A stretch of 64,000 nt of DNA from an uncultured Clostridia bacterium (GTDB lineage: Bacteria; Bacillota; Dehalobacteriia; UBA4068). The translations under genes and the position numbers were made by a program. The notes beneath the pieces were generated by a model. It saw nothing but the letters and a program-made list of their open reading frames with translations, had not been told where the DNA came from and searched no databases. The DNA lies in assembly GCA_944393575.1 (NCBI GenBank), contig CALYAP010000066.1:14300-78299 (forward strand), written 5' to 3'. This document shows positions 20,561 to 29,200 of the stretch, in pieces. Position 1 is the first letter of the stretch; every line of letters begins with the position of its first letter.

Positions 20561-21445
20561 ATGGCCATGAAAATATCTTCAATGTTTGATGGGAGCAAAA
20601 CTGTTTTGTCTTTTGAGGTTTTCCCGCCGAAAAGGACAATGCCTATAGAAACTATTTATAAAACTTTAGAGCAATTGGACGGGCTGCATCCAGAGTTTAT
20701 TTCTGTTACCTATGGAGCTGGTGGCGGTGAAGCTAATAAGCGAACTCTTGAAGTAGCTAGTTATATCAAAACGCAATACCATATTGAACCATTGATGCAC
20801 ATGACATGTATCAATAGCACTAAGTCTGATATCGACCAGATGTTGAAGTTAGCACAAGAGCATGATATCTCTAATATCATGACGCTCAGAGGCGATATCG
20901 TGCCTGATATTGAGCCAAAGGATGATTTTCACTATGCGGCGGATTTGGCTGCTTATGTTAAAGCCAAGGGTGATTTTGATATCTGCGGCGCCTGTTATCC
21001 AGAGGGACATATTGATAGCCCGGACTTGGTCACTGATGTGCTTAATTTGCGGCGTAAAGTGGATGCTGGCTGCACTCATCTGATTTCTCAGCTTTTCTTT
21101 GATAATAGCTATTTCTATTCCTTTATGGAAAGAGCCCATATAGCAGGCATCAATGTGCCTATTGAGGCTGGTATTATGCCAGTGACCAATAAGAAACAGA
21201 TTGAGCGAATGGTTACTCTTTGCGGCGCTTGCCTACCACCGAAATTTACCAAGATGATGCAGCGTTATGAGCATCATCCGGAAGCTTTGGCTGATGCTGG
21301 TATCGCTTATGCGGTGGATCAGATCGCTGATCTGGTAGCTCAAGGAGTAGATGGTATTCATCTTTATACGATGAATAATCCCACGGTGGCCAGGCGTATT
21401 TGTGAAAGTGTCGGCAATCTTTTTAGCGTTCCTCCGCAAAGATAA
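20561..21445 (+). CDS. metF: 5,10-methylenetetrahydrofolate reductase
   Basis: MetF motifs SFEVFPPK, SVTYGAGG. The start at 20561 or 20567 follows GGAG. Only 4 nt downstream of rpe. Confidence 0.85.
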   Translation: MAMKISSMFDGSKTVLSFEVFPPKRTMPIETIYKTLEQLDGLHPEFISVTYGAGGGEANKRTLEVASYIKTQYHIEPLMHMTCINSTKSDIDQMLKLAQEHDISNIMTLRGDIVPDIEPKDDFHYAADLAAYVKAKGDFDICGACYPEGHIDSPDLVTDVLNLRRKVDAGCTHLISQLFFDNSYFYSFMERAHIAGINVPIEAGIMPVTNKKQIERMVTLCGACLPPKFTKMMQRYEHHPEALADAGIAYAVDQIADLVAQGVDGIHLYTMNNPTVARRICESVGNLFSVPPQR

Positions 21446-21523
21446 TAAAAAGAGGCTGGATGAATGGCAGAGGAGCATAAAGAAGTATTGCAAAAATATT
21501 GATCTATGACAAGTGAACGAAAA

Positions 21524-21580
21524 ACAAGAAAACTCTATGCTAATGGGCAACCATTTTCATAGGGTTTTCTTGTTGCTTAT
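21524..21580 (+). terminator. long imperfect hairpin, probable metF terminator
   Basis: acaagaaaactctatgc-[taatgggcaaccatt]-ttcatagggttttcttgt, then tgcttatttc. About 16-bp stem with a nested aatgg/ccatt stem. Confidence 0.45.
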
Positions 21581-21745
21581 TTCAAATTAGCATTGTCCAC
21601 AGGATGCGTGGCCATCACCGAAGGTAGGGAGCTTGGGAGTTTGGGGCAACAAGCATTTGGGTGAGCAGTAAACCTAACAAAACTACAAATATGTATGTAT
21701 GTGTATTGCTTGACAATCTGTGAAATACGAAATAATCTTTTCCTC

Positions 21746-21774
21746 TTGACAATATCTTTTGCATGGACTATCAT
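21746..21774 (+). promoter_or_regulatory. sigmaA-type promoter for the tetR-family gene
   Basis: TTGACA - 17 nt - TATCAT. A second cttgacaat copy sits 36 nt upstream. Confidence 0.45.
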
Positions 21775-21807
21775 ATAACAGTGATATATAACGGCGTTAT
21801 AGGGAGG

Positions 21808-22431
21808 ATGAATACAATAGGCGGAAACTTAACGACCTTAGAACGCATTCATCAGGCGGCAAAAGCAGAGTTTTTGGAAAAAGGCTATAAAGATGCTTCC
21901 CTACGAAACATTGTCAAATCAGTAGGCATGACTACAGGAGCCTTTTATGGGTATTACAAAAGCAAAGAAGACCTGTTTGAAGCTCTAGTAGGTAGACATT
22001 ATGAATATATCATTAATCGCTTCAAAGAGGCGCAGCAAGAATTTGCAAATCTGCCTCGTCACCGGCAGCCAGAAGTTATGAGCGAAGTATCAGGGCTTTG
22101 TATGTACGATATGCTTCATTACGCCTATGTGCATCTAGAAGAATGCAAACTCATCCTCTGCTGCTCGGAAGGGACCAAATTTTCCGGTCTTATTGATGAA
22201 ATGGTGGAAATTGAAGCGGAAGCAACGCACTCCTATCAGAAGGTCTTGCAGGAGCTAGGACGGCCTTCCCCGAAGATAGATCCCGCCCTGGAGCATATTC
22301 TGATTACCGGTATGTTTCATACTTTTTTTGAACTGGTGATTCATGAAATGCCGTTGGATGACGCAGAAAACTATGTAAAGGAAATGCGTGCTTTTTATAC
22401 AGCCGGATGGATGAAAATTATGGGGCAGTAA
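21808..22431 (+). CDS. TetR/AcrR-family transcriptional regulator
   Basis: N-terminal HTH (LRNIVKSVGMTTGAFYGYY). Start uncertain: the 21808 ATG directly abuts GGGAGG. An in-frame GTG at 21781 or ATG at 21763 is possible. Confidence 0.75.
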   Translation: MNTIGGNLTTLERIHQAAKAEFLEKGYKDASLRNIVKSVGMTTGAFYGYYKSKEDLFEALVGRHYEYIINRFKEAQQEFANLPRHRQPEVMSEVSGLCMYDMLHYAYVHLEECKLILCCSEGTKFSGLIDEMVEIEAEATHSYQKVLQELGRPSPKIDPALEHILITGMFHTFFELVIHEMPLDDAENYVKEMRAFYTAGWMKIMGQ

Positions 22432-22459
22432 AGCCCTGTAATTTTTGCCCATTGGTTAG

Positions 22460-22487
22460 TTGTGGCTAACTTATGCGTTGGTATAAG
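22460..22487 (+). promoter_or_regulatory. promoter of the ABC exporter operon
   Basis: TTGTGG - 16 nt - TATAAG, directly upstream of the palindrome. Confidence 0.4.
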
Positions 22488-22489
22488 AA

Positions 22490-22506
22490 GAACACAATAT
22501 GTGTTC
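22490..22506. promoter_or_regulatory. candidate TetR operator (perfect inverted repeat)
   Basis: gaacaca-ata-tgtgttc, 7-bp arms, abutting the -10 element. Confidence 0.5.
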
Positions 22507-22542
22507 TCTGTATCATAAATCAATAAAAAAGGAGGAATTTTT

Positions 22543-24312
22543 TTGAAAAAGCAATCTAATCTGTCACGCCTGCTCCAAATTGCAGGTAACCACAAATATC
22601 TGATCTATGCTTCGTGGGTGCTGTCAGCTATTAGTGCCTTCATTGCTTTGGTACCCTTTTATTACATCTGGAAAGTGATTCAAGAGGTACTAGAGGTTGC
22701 TCCGGATTTCAGTCTGGCACAAAATCTGACCCATAATGGCTGGATGGCAGTGCTATTTTCGGTCATCACGGTACTTGTCTACATAGCAGGTCTGATGTGC
22801 TCCCACAAAGGGGCGTTTCGTATTGCCACCAACCTGCGGCTGCAAACTATGGAACATATCGTCAAGCTGCCACTTGGGTTTGTAGAGAGTTTTGGTAGTG
22901 GCAAACTGCGCAAAATTGTCAATGAATCCAGCGCTGCCACCGAAACTTATTTAGCCCATCAGCTCCCTGATCGAGCTAATGCGATTGCAACGCCATGTGG
23001 TCTTTTAATCCTGTTGGTAGTGTTTGACTGGCGGCTTGGTCTTCTGAGCCTTGTCCCTGTAGCGCTGGGATTTCTGATTATGATGACAATGACCGGGCAA
23101 CAGATGCAGGAAAAAATGAAAGAATACCAAAATGCGCTGGATGATATGTCCAATGAGGCGGTAGAATATGTCCGAGGCATTCCAGTAGTCAAAACCTTTG
23201 GACAGACAATTTTCTCTTTCAAAAAATTCAAGGACTCAATTGACCGCTATAAAGTATGGGTGATCGCCTATACTAAACAGCTTCGAACGCCTATGATGTT
23301 TTACACAGCGGCCATTAACGGGGTTTTCGCCACGCTGATTGCAGGTGGTCTGCTGTTTACGCAAAACGGTGTCACCACAGAATTCCTGTTGGATCTGATT
23401 TTCTATATTATCATTACGCCAATTATCTCTGTTACGCTGACGCGCATTATGTTCCAAAGCGAAAATGCCATGATCGTAAACGATGCCTTGCAGAGAATCG
23501 ATAGCGTTTTGAATTTGAAACCTCTAGAAGAAGCGAAGCACCTCAAACATCCGAAAGATGCTTCGGTAGAACTGAAAAATATTCATTTCAGCTATGATGG
23601 AAAAACTGAGGTATTGAAAGGTATTTCCCTTACCATATCGCAAGGACAAACTGTAGCTTTTGTCGGACCATCTGGCGGTGGTAAAACTACGCTCGCCAAT
23701 CTGATTTCGCGTTTCTTTGATCCGCAGAGTGGTAGCATAAAGATCGGCGGAGTCGATCTAAAAGAGATTTCCAAGGAGGAACTGATGAACACCGTTTCCT
23801 TTGTGCTCCAAAACAGCCGTCTTATCAAAGCCTCTATTCTGGAAAATGTGCGCATGGGCAGGCCCGATGCAACCAGAGAAGAAATTCTTGCTGCACTTCA
23901 CAATGCCCAGTGCGATGATATTCTTGAAAAACTGCCGCAAGGAATGGACACGGTGATCGGTACGAAGGGCATTTATCTTTCCGGCGGGGAGCAGCAGCGA
24001 ATTGCCATCGCCCGCGTCATGCTGAAAAACGCCCCAATCATTATTTTAGATGAAGCAACGGCCTTTGCCGACCCTGACAATGAAACACGAGTACAGGCCG
24101 CTTTTTCAAAGCTCTCCAAAGGCAAGACGGTCATTATGATTGCCCACCGGCTTTCTACTGTAGCGGGCGCAGATAAAATTTATGTGATTTGCGACGGGCA
24201 GATTGCCGAGAGCGGTACCAGTCGTGATCTGCTGGCGCAAGACGGCATTTTCAGCCGGATGTGGCAGAACTATCAGACTTCCGTTCAATGGAAGGTTGCA
24301 AAGGAGGTATAA
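22543..24312 (+). CDS. ABC transporter permease/ATP-binding fusion (type I exporter half-transporter)
   Basis: TTG start with GGAGGA 6 nt upstream. Six TM helices. Walker A GPSGGGKTT, signature LSGGEQQR, Walker B ILDEAT. Confidence 0.9.
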   Translation: MKKQSNLSRLLQIAGNHKYLIYASWVLSAISAFIALVPFYYIWKVIQEVLEVAPDFSLAQNLTHNGWMAVLFSVITVLVYIAGLMCSHKGAFRIATNLRLQTMEHIVKLPLGFVESFGSGKLRKIVNESSAATETYLAHQLPDRANAIATPCGLLILLVVFDWRLGLLSLVPVALGFLIMMTMTGQQMQEKMKEYQNALDDMSNEAVEYVRGIPVVKTFGQTIFSFKKFKDSIDRYKVWVIAYTKQLRTPMMFYTAAINGVFATLIAGGLLFTQNGVTTEFLLDLIFYIIITPIISVTLTRIMFQSENAMIVNDALQRIDSVLNLKPLEEAKHLKHPKDASVELKNIHFSYDGKTEVLKGISLTISQGQTVAFVGPSGGGKTTLANLISRFFDPQSGSIKIGGVDLKEISKEELMNTVSFVLQNSRLIKASILENVRMGRPDATREEILAALHNAQCDDILEKLPQGMDTVIGTKGIYLSGGEQQRIAIARVMLKNAPIIILDEATAFADPDNETRVQAAFSKLSKGKTVIMIAHRLSTVAGADKIYVICDGQIAESGTSRDLLAQDGIFSRMWQNYQTSVQWKVAKEV

Positions 24313-24316
24313 CAAA

Positions 24317-26050
24317 ATGATAAAACGGCTGCAAAAACGATACGCTCTCTCTGAGCAGGGGGCAAAGGATCTTGTGAAAGGCTGTCTGGCCTGTGTCCTG
24401 CAAAATCTTTCCTTTATGTTCCCAGTAGGCCTATTGTTTTTTTTAGTGAACGATCTGTTAAACGGCGGTGTTCCCGGCGAAAAAATCGCATTTTATGTTA
24501 TTGGCTGCGTGGTATGTATCGGTTTTATTCTGATCACCACTTACATCCAGTATAATGCTACCTACTTTGCCACTTATACGGAAAGCGGCGTGCGGCGTAT
24601 TACGCTGGCTGAACGGCTGCGTAAGATCCCGCTGTCCTTTTTTGGTAAAAAGGATTTGGCCGACCTCACCAGTACGATTATGGCTGATTGCACCTTCTTG
24701 GAGCAGAGTTTTTCCCATTTTATTCCCGAACTAGCGGGTTCTATCATTTCCACAATTCTTATTTCTATCAGCCTGTTTGTTTTCGACTGGCGCATGGCGC
24801 TGGCGGCGCTGTGGGTCATGCCAGTTGCCTTTGCGGTTGTAGGCTTTTCCGCAAAAGTGCAGGAAAAGCTCAATCAAAAAGCCATGGATGTCAAGATGGC
24901 CTGCGCCGATGGGATTCAGGAGTGCATCGAAACAGTACGGGACTTGAAAGCTAACAATGCAGAGGCTGAATACCTGAAGGGACTGGAAAAGAAAATCCGC
25001 GCAGTGGAACGCCGCTCCATTCTCAATGAATTTGGACTTGCCGCCTTTGTTGTTTCTGCATCATTAATATTAAAATTAGGGATTGCTACGGTTGCGCTGG
25101 TTGGCTCAATGCTGCTGATTCAGGGGAGTTTGGATGTTATTACTTTTTTCCTGTTTTTATTGGTCGTATCGCGGCTTTATGACCCGCTGCAAGGCGCACT
25201 TCAAAATCTGGCTGCGGTAATCAGCACACGTACCAATATCGCCCGCATGAATGAAATTCTCGATCATCCCATTCAGCAAGGTGACAACCGGCTTTCCAAT
25301 AAAGGCTATGATATTGTCTTTGATCATGTGAGTTTTGCCTACAATACTGGAGAAACGGTTTTGAAAGATGTTTCTTTTACCGCAAAGCAAGGAGAAGTCA
25401 CAGCTTTGGTGGGGCCATCCGGCGGTGGCAAAACAACAGTTTCTCGACTGGCGGCAAGGTTCTGGGATGTGAGTCGAGGCAAGATTACTGTGGGAGGTAT
25501 GGATATTGCCAAAACAGACCCGGAAACGCTGTTGTCCCTGTTCTCCATTGTGTTTCAGGATGTGATCTTATTTGATAATACCATTTTGGAGAATATTCGG
25601 ATTGGGAGTAAAGAAGCTACCGATGAGCAGGTGATAGCGGCGGCAAGACTGGCCAACGTGGACGAATTTGCAGAAAAACTGCCTGATGGATGGAATACTA
25701 ACATTGGGGAAAACGGCTGTGAGCTTTCTGGCGGGGAAAGGCAGCGTATTTCCATTGCCCGAGCTTTCCTGAAAAACGCCCCAATTATTCTTTTGGACGA
25801 GGCAACTGCTTCACTAGATGTAGAAAATGAAACGATGATTCAAACAGCGCTATCCCGTTTGATTGCAGATAAGACTGTGCTGGTAATCGCTCACAGGATG
25901 CGCACGGTAGCTGGCGCAGACAAGATTGTGGTACTATCGGAAGGCATTGTGGCAGAAGAAGGTGCGCCGGAAGAATTGAAGAAGAAAAACGGCCTTTATG
26001 CCCATATGGTGAAGGTGCAGACGGAAAGCCAGAACTGGAGACTGGTGTGA
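24317..26050 (+). CDS. ABC transporter permease/ATP-binding fusion, probable heterodimer partner
   Basis: ATG at 24317 sits 5 nt after the upstream stop, with AAGGAGG upstream. Motifs GPSGGGKTT, LSGGERQR, LLDEAT. Confidence 0.9.
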   Translation: MIKRLQKRYALSEQGAKDLVKGCLACVLQNLSFMFPVGLLFFLVNDLLNGGVPGEKIAFYVIGCVVCIGFILITTYIQYNATYFATYTESGVRRITLAERLRKIPLSFFGKKDLADLTSTIMADCTFLEQSFSHFIPELAGSIISTILISISLFVFDWRMALAALWVMPVAFAVVGFSAKVQEKLNQKAMDVKMACADGIQECIETVRDLKANNAEAEYLKGLEKKIRAVERRSILNEFGLAAFVVSASLILKLGIATVALVGSMLLIQGSLDVITFFLFLLVVSRLYDPLQGALQNLAAVISTRTNIARMNEILDHPIQQGDNRLSNKGYDIVFDHVSFAYNTGETVLKDVSFTAKQGEVTALVGPSGGGKTTVSRLAARFWDVSRGKITVGGMDIAKTDPETLLSLFSIVFQDVILFDNTILENIRIGSKEATDEQVIAAARLANVDEFAEKLPDGWNTNIGENGCELSGGERQRISIARAFLKNAPIILLDEATASLDVENETMIQTALSRLIADKTVLVIAHRMRTVAGADKIVVLSEGIVAEEGAPEELKKKNGLYAHMVKVQTESQNWRLV

Positions 26051-26230
26051 AAAGATTTTTCTGCTAGGATTATGATAAGTCCGAATTTGTGCCAGTGTTT
26101 AGCGATAGTTAGGGGTTAGCAAAATTGTTGTATACTGCTCAGTGAAGGAGAATGTGGAAAAGCAAGTGCGAATTAACCTTCACCCATGTGTGCCAAATCT
26201 ATATCTTTTTGAAGATTGGAAGGAAGTCCC

Positions 26231-26270
26231 TAAAAGAATCGGAACCGGCGTGACCTAACACGCTGGTTCC
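26231..26270 (-). terminator. terminator of the rSAM operon
   Basis: Minus-strand hairpin ggaaccagcgtg-ttaggt-cacgccggttcc followed by gattctttta. Confidence 0.5.
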
Positions 26271-26361
26271 GAGCAAAACACTTTTTACTTCCTTGTGGGA
26301 CGCTGCCTTTAATGGCAGCCTTTTTCGTTCCTTGTTTTATTCCTATGATCGTAGCGAATTT

Positions 26362-27327
26362 TTATGCGGTTGCTCCACCACAGCTTGAGCCGGAGCCGGC
26401 AGTACAAGCATAGCAATGGTTGGCAAAGGAGATTTGCCGTATTTTGATCGGCTGAGTAAGCAGGTCATGAATGGTAAGATTGCCTTCGATGGGCAAATGT
26501 GCAGCCTGGTTAAAATCGCAGTCATACAATAGCCCGTCGCAGCCAACAGAAAGCTGACTGCGGCACATCATATTGTAAGCAGCCGCTGGATTAAAAGCAT
26601 TATAGAGCCGCTGCATATAGCCGTTAAGATTGTTGCTGCGCTCTAAAAATGCGGCAAAACGTCCCAGCGGATTATTGGTTATGGCATATAAATCATTGAA
26701 AACAATACCATATTGTTCTTTTAAACGCTGATGATATTCTTTGGCTAGGGTTTCCTGGGGTGGTGGCAAGAAAGCACCGCCGGGATTGTAAACGAGATTT
26801 AATTTGAGATCATCATTTTTGCCATAGCCAAGTTCATTTAATTTCTGCAATAGCTCAATGCAGTCATTAAAGACGCCTTCCCCGCGTTGGCGGTCATTAT
26901 CTTTAGCAGTATAGAAAGGCAGTGAGGTGATGATTTCGATTTTATTATCTGCATATAACTTAGGGTAGCTTTGATATTCTGTCTTTTTTAATACGGTTAA
27001 ATTTGACCGGACCATCGCGTGAATTCCCAATTGATGGGCCTTTTGCAGCAGCCAGGGCAGATGGGGATTCAATTCCGGAGCTCCACCAGTAATGTCAAGC
27101 GTGCTAAAACCATATTTAGTAAATACTGCCAGACAGTCCTCCATGGTTTCCTGAGACATCATTTCTTGCCGATCTGCACCGCATTCCAGGTGACAATGCT
27201 TGCATGCTAAGTTGCAGCGGTAAGTAATATTCATTTGCAAGGTGGTTAGTTGCGGCAGGGTGAACTGACACTCTTCAGGAATAGTGTCTTTGAAGGGTTT
27301 TATACCTTGGATATCATTTAGGTTCAT
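26362..27327 (-). CDS. radical SAM/Cys-rich domain protein, ArsS/selenodomain family (Cys variant)
   Basis: 321 aa. N-terminal CNLACKHC (CxxxCxxC). C-terminus ...HCYACTAGSGSSCGGATA* matches CxAGxGxSCGG. Confidence 0.8.
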   Translation of the reverse strand: MNLNDIQGIKPFKDTIPEECQFTLPQLTTLQMNITYRCNLACKHCHLECGADRQEMMSQETMEDCLAVFTKYGFSTLDITGGAPELNPHLPWLLQKAHQLGIHAMVRSNLTVLKKTEYQSYPKLYADNKIEIITSLPFYTAKDNDRQRGEGVFNDCIELLQKLNELGYGKNDDLKLNLVYNPGGAFLPPPQETLAKEYHQRLKEQYGIVFNDLYAITNNPLGRFAAFLERSNNLNGYMQRLYNAFNPAAAYNMMCRSQLSVGCDGLLYDCDFNQAAHLPIEGNLTIHDLLTQPIKIRQISFANHCYACTAGSGSSCGGATA

Positions 27328-27342
27328 ATTACACCTCTTACC

Positions 27343-27675
27343 TTAGAATTGTAGTTTTTTTAGAACATTTTTCGCCTGCAAGCCATGTGCCAATGTAGCG
27401 CCGCCACGGATTGCCGCTGCCGCATGGATAGCTTCGATCATTTGTTCTTGGCTATAGCCTTGCTGGAGACATGATTGAGCATAAGAATCGATGCAATATG
27501 GACATTGAACCGCATGCGCTACTGCAAAAGCGATCAAACATTTTTCTCTTGCCGAGAGGGCGCCGTCTTCAAATACTTGGCCATAATAGGCCATAAATTT
27601 TTCCCATAATTCCGGTGCATCTTCACCCATATTACCAAATTGGGCCAGATCTTCAGGGTTGTAATAAGTATCCAT
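27343..27675 (-). CDS. carboxymuconolactone decarboxylase/AhpD-like peroxidase-like protein
   Basis: 110 aa. AhpD-core CxxC (VQCPYC). This family recurs with rSAM/selenodomain operons. Confidence 0.7.
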   Translation of the reverse strand: MDTYYNPEDLAQFGNMGEDAPELWEKFMAYYGQVFEDGALSAREKCLIAFAVAHAVQCPYCIDSYAQSCLQQGYSQEQMIEAIHAAAAIRGGATLAHGLQAKNVLKKLQF

Positions 27676-27677
27676 TG

Positions 27678-28373
27678 TTAGTCCTCCTTTAAATGTTTTT
27701 TAAAATACTTTTTATAGATAATGAAACCAATACTGACGACAAAGACGAGGATAATCGCGGCGATAATAATGTATAGCGTGCGGTTATCCGCTGAGAAAAC
27801 AGCAGATGAGCTAAAGGTAAATAGTGCTACGCCGGGTATCATAAACAAAAAAGTGAATAGTGTATAACGGCCAAATTTAATATCAGTAACGCCATAGGCG
27901 AAATTTTGCAGATTATAGGGGAAAATCGGAATTGTTCTGGTGATGAAGAGAATCAGGATATCGCTTTTTTCTGTTTCCTCAAAGAGCCAGCGGCGGAGAT
28001 ATTTATTTTTCATTGCCAAAGGCTTGATTGTATCGCGGAGAAAGAATCTCCCTACTAGATAAGACCCCATCGCGCCGATGGTGGTAGCCACTAGACAAAG
28101 AATACTGCCTAGATAGGGACCAAAAATGGCTCCTGCCAGGATGGCAAACGTCATTCCCGGCACTGCTAAAACTACGCAACCGATTACTGTTACTACAAGG
28201 TATAGCAATACTAGGGCGCCAAAGCTATCTGCTGCCTCTGTTAAAAAATCGTTTAGCCCATCAGTTTCTTGAAAAAGATCGCTCCAGCCATAAATATGAT
28301 TGAGCAATATAATCAATAGAATCAGCAGCAGCAGGATAATTATTTTAAAATATTTTCGGAAAAATTTTTTCAT
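27678..28373 (-). CDS. TVP38/TMEM64 (DedA-like) family membrane protein
   Basis: 231 aa polytopic protein with the conserved DedA-type core. 4-nt overlap with the upstream gene. Confidence 0.7.
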   Translation of the reverse strand: MKKFFRKYFKIIILLLLILLIILLNHIYGWSDLFQETDGLNDFLTEAADSFGALVLLYLVVTVIGCVVLAVPGMTFAILAGAIFGPYLGSILCLVATTIGAMGSYLVGRFFLRDTIKPLAMKNKYLRRWLFEETEKSDILILFITRTIPIFPYNLQNFAYGVTDIKFGRYTLFTFLFMIPGVALFTFSSSAVFSADNRTLYIIIAAIILVFVVSIGFIIYKKYFKKHLKED

Positions 28374-29200
28374 GATAATATGTTTTTAACCCTTTTTAAT
28401 AGCAGCAGTCGGTTCAACCATGCGCGTATTAAGCTGCGTTTGACATTATCTCCCCCATTATTAGCGAAGAATATTACTTCTAGAATATGGATCGCTGTAC
28501 AGCCCACTGAACGGAAAGAAGCAATGCAGGAGAAGCAATAGCTGATAATATGTTTATTATCACTACGGTTGATACTATTGCTAAGAATTTGCTTAGACGC
28601 CTGGGGATCGCGTATCATAAGCATATCCTTTTTACCACAACAGATAGTTTTATTCCTAGTATGCTGGTATTCCTGATAGGGAAATGACAATTGATCTAAA
28701 ATATTACGGATATTATCCTGGGTCTTTGTGTCATGGCGGCAGGGGCAAGGATCATGGAGCATGAATGAGGGATATCCTTGATAACAAGGCTTTTGTGGGG
28801 GCAAGTTATGCGCCAGTATCTCCCAAAGCGGAATGATTTCTATATCAGTGAAAGCTGTAAAATTTTTTTGGCAGTTGGGGCAGCAGACAATCAATTTTTT
28901 TATACCGGCATCATCGAGCCTTTGTTTTAATAAACCGGTATATTGTTGATATTTCTTAGTGCTTAATGTACGGGAAGGCTCGGCACAGCATAATGTTACC
29001 AAGGATATGTCTGGAAACATATCTTGCAGATAGCGGTAGACTGCCAGTGTTAAATCTACATCATATTCGCTCATACTACAGCCTGGGAAAAAGCCGATAG
29101 AACTTTGCCCAGATTGACAAATCCGTCCAAAGAGCCGTGAAAAACTGAGCTTCTGCTGGATACCGATATTTATTTTTGCTGCCAATGATAATTTTTTCAT
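28370..29200 (-). CDS. Cys-rich (Fe-S)-binding protein with two CCG domains (HdrB/GlpC-like)
   Basis: Two CxnCC[GA]xmCxxC units: PGC...LCCA...VCCPNC and DPCPC...ICCG...CFSC. No signal peptide. Confidence 0.65.
   Translation of the reverse strand: MKKLSLAAKINIGIQQKLSFSRLFGRICQSGQSSIGFFPGCSMSEYDVDLTLAVYRYLQDMFPDISLVTLCCAEPSRTLSTKKYQQYTGLLKQRLDDAGIKKLIVCCPNCQKNFTAFTDIEIIPLWEILAHNLPPQKPCYQGYPSFMLHDPCPCRHDTKTQDNIRNILDQLSFPYQEYQHTRNKTICCGKKDMLMIRDPQASKQILSNSINRSDNKHIISYCFSCIASFRSVGCTAIHILEVIFFANNGGDNVKRSLIRAWLNRLLLLKRVKNILS

Noticed and set aside
21463-21501. 12-codon ORF MAEEHKEVLQKY downstream of metF
   Set aside because: Too short. A GGCTGGATGAA SD-like context exists but there is no conservation basis. 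Treated as noise.
26362-27327. Selenocysteine recoding (TGA plus SECIS) in the ArsS-family gene
   Set aside because: The motif cysteines are encoded by TGT/TGC. There is no in-frame TGA and the ORF is uninterrupted.
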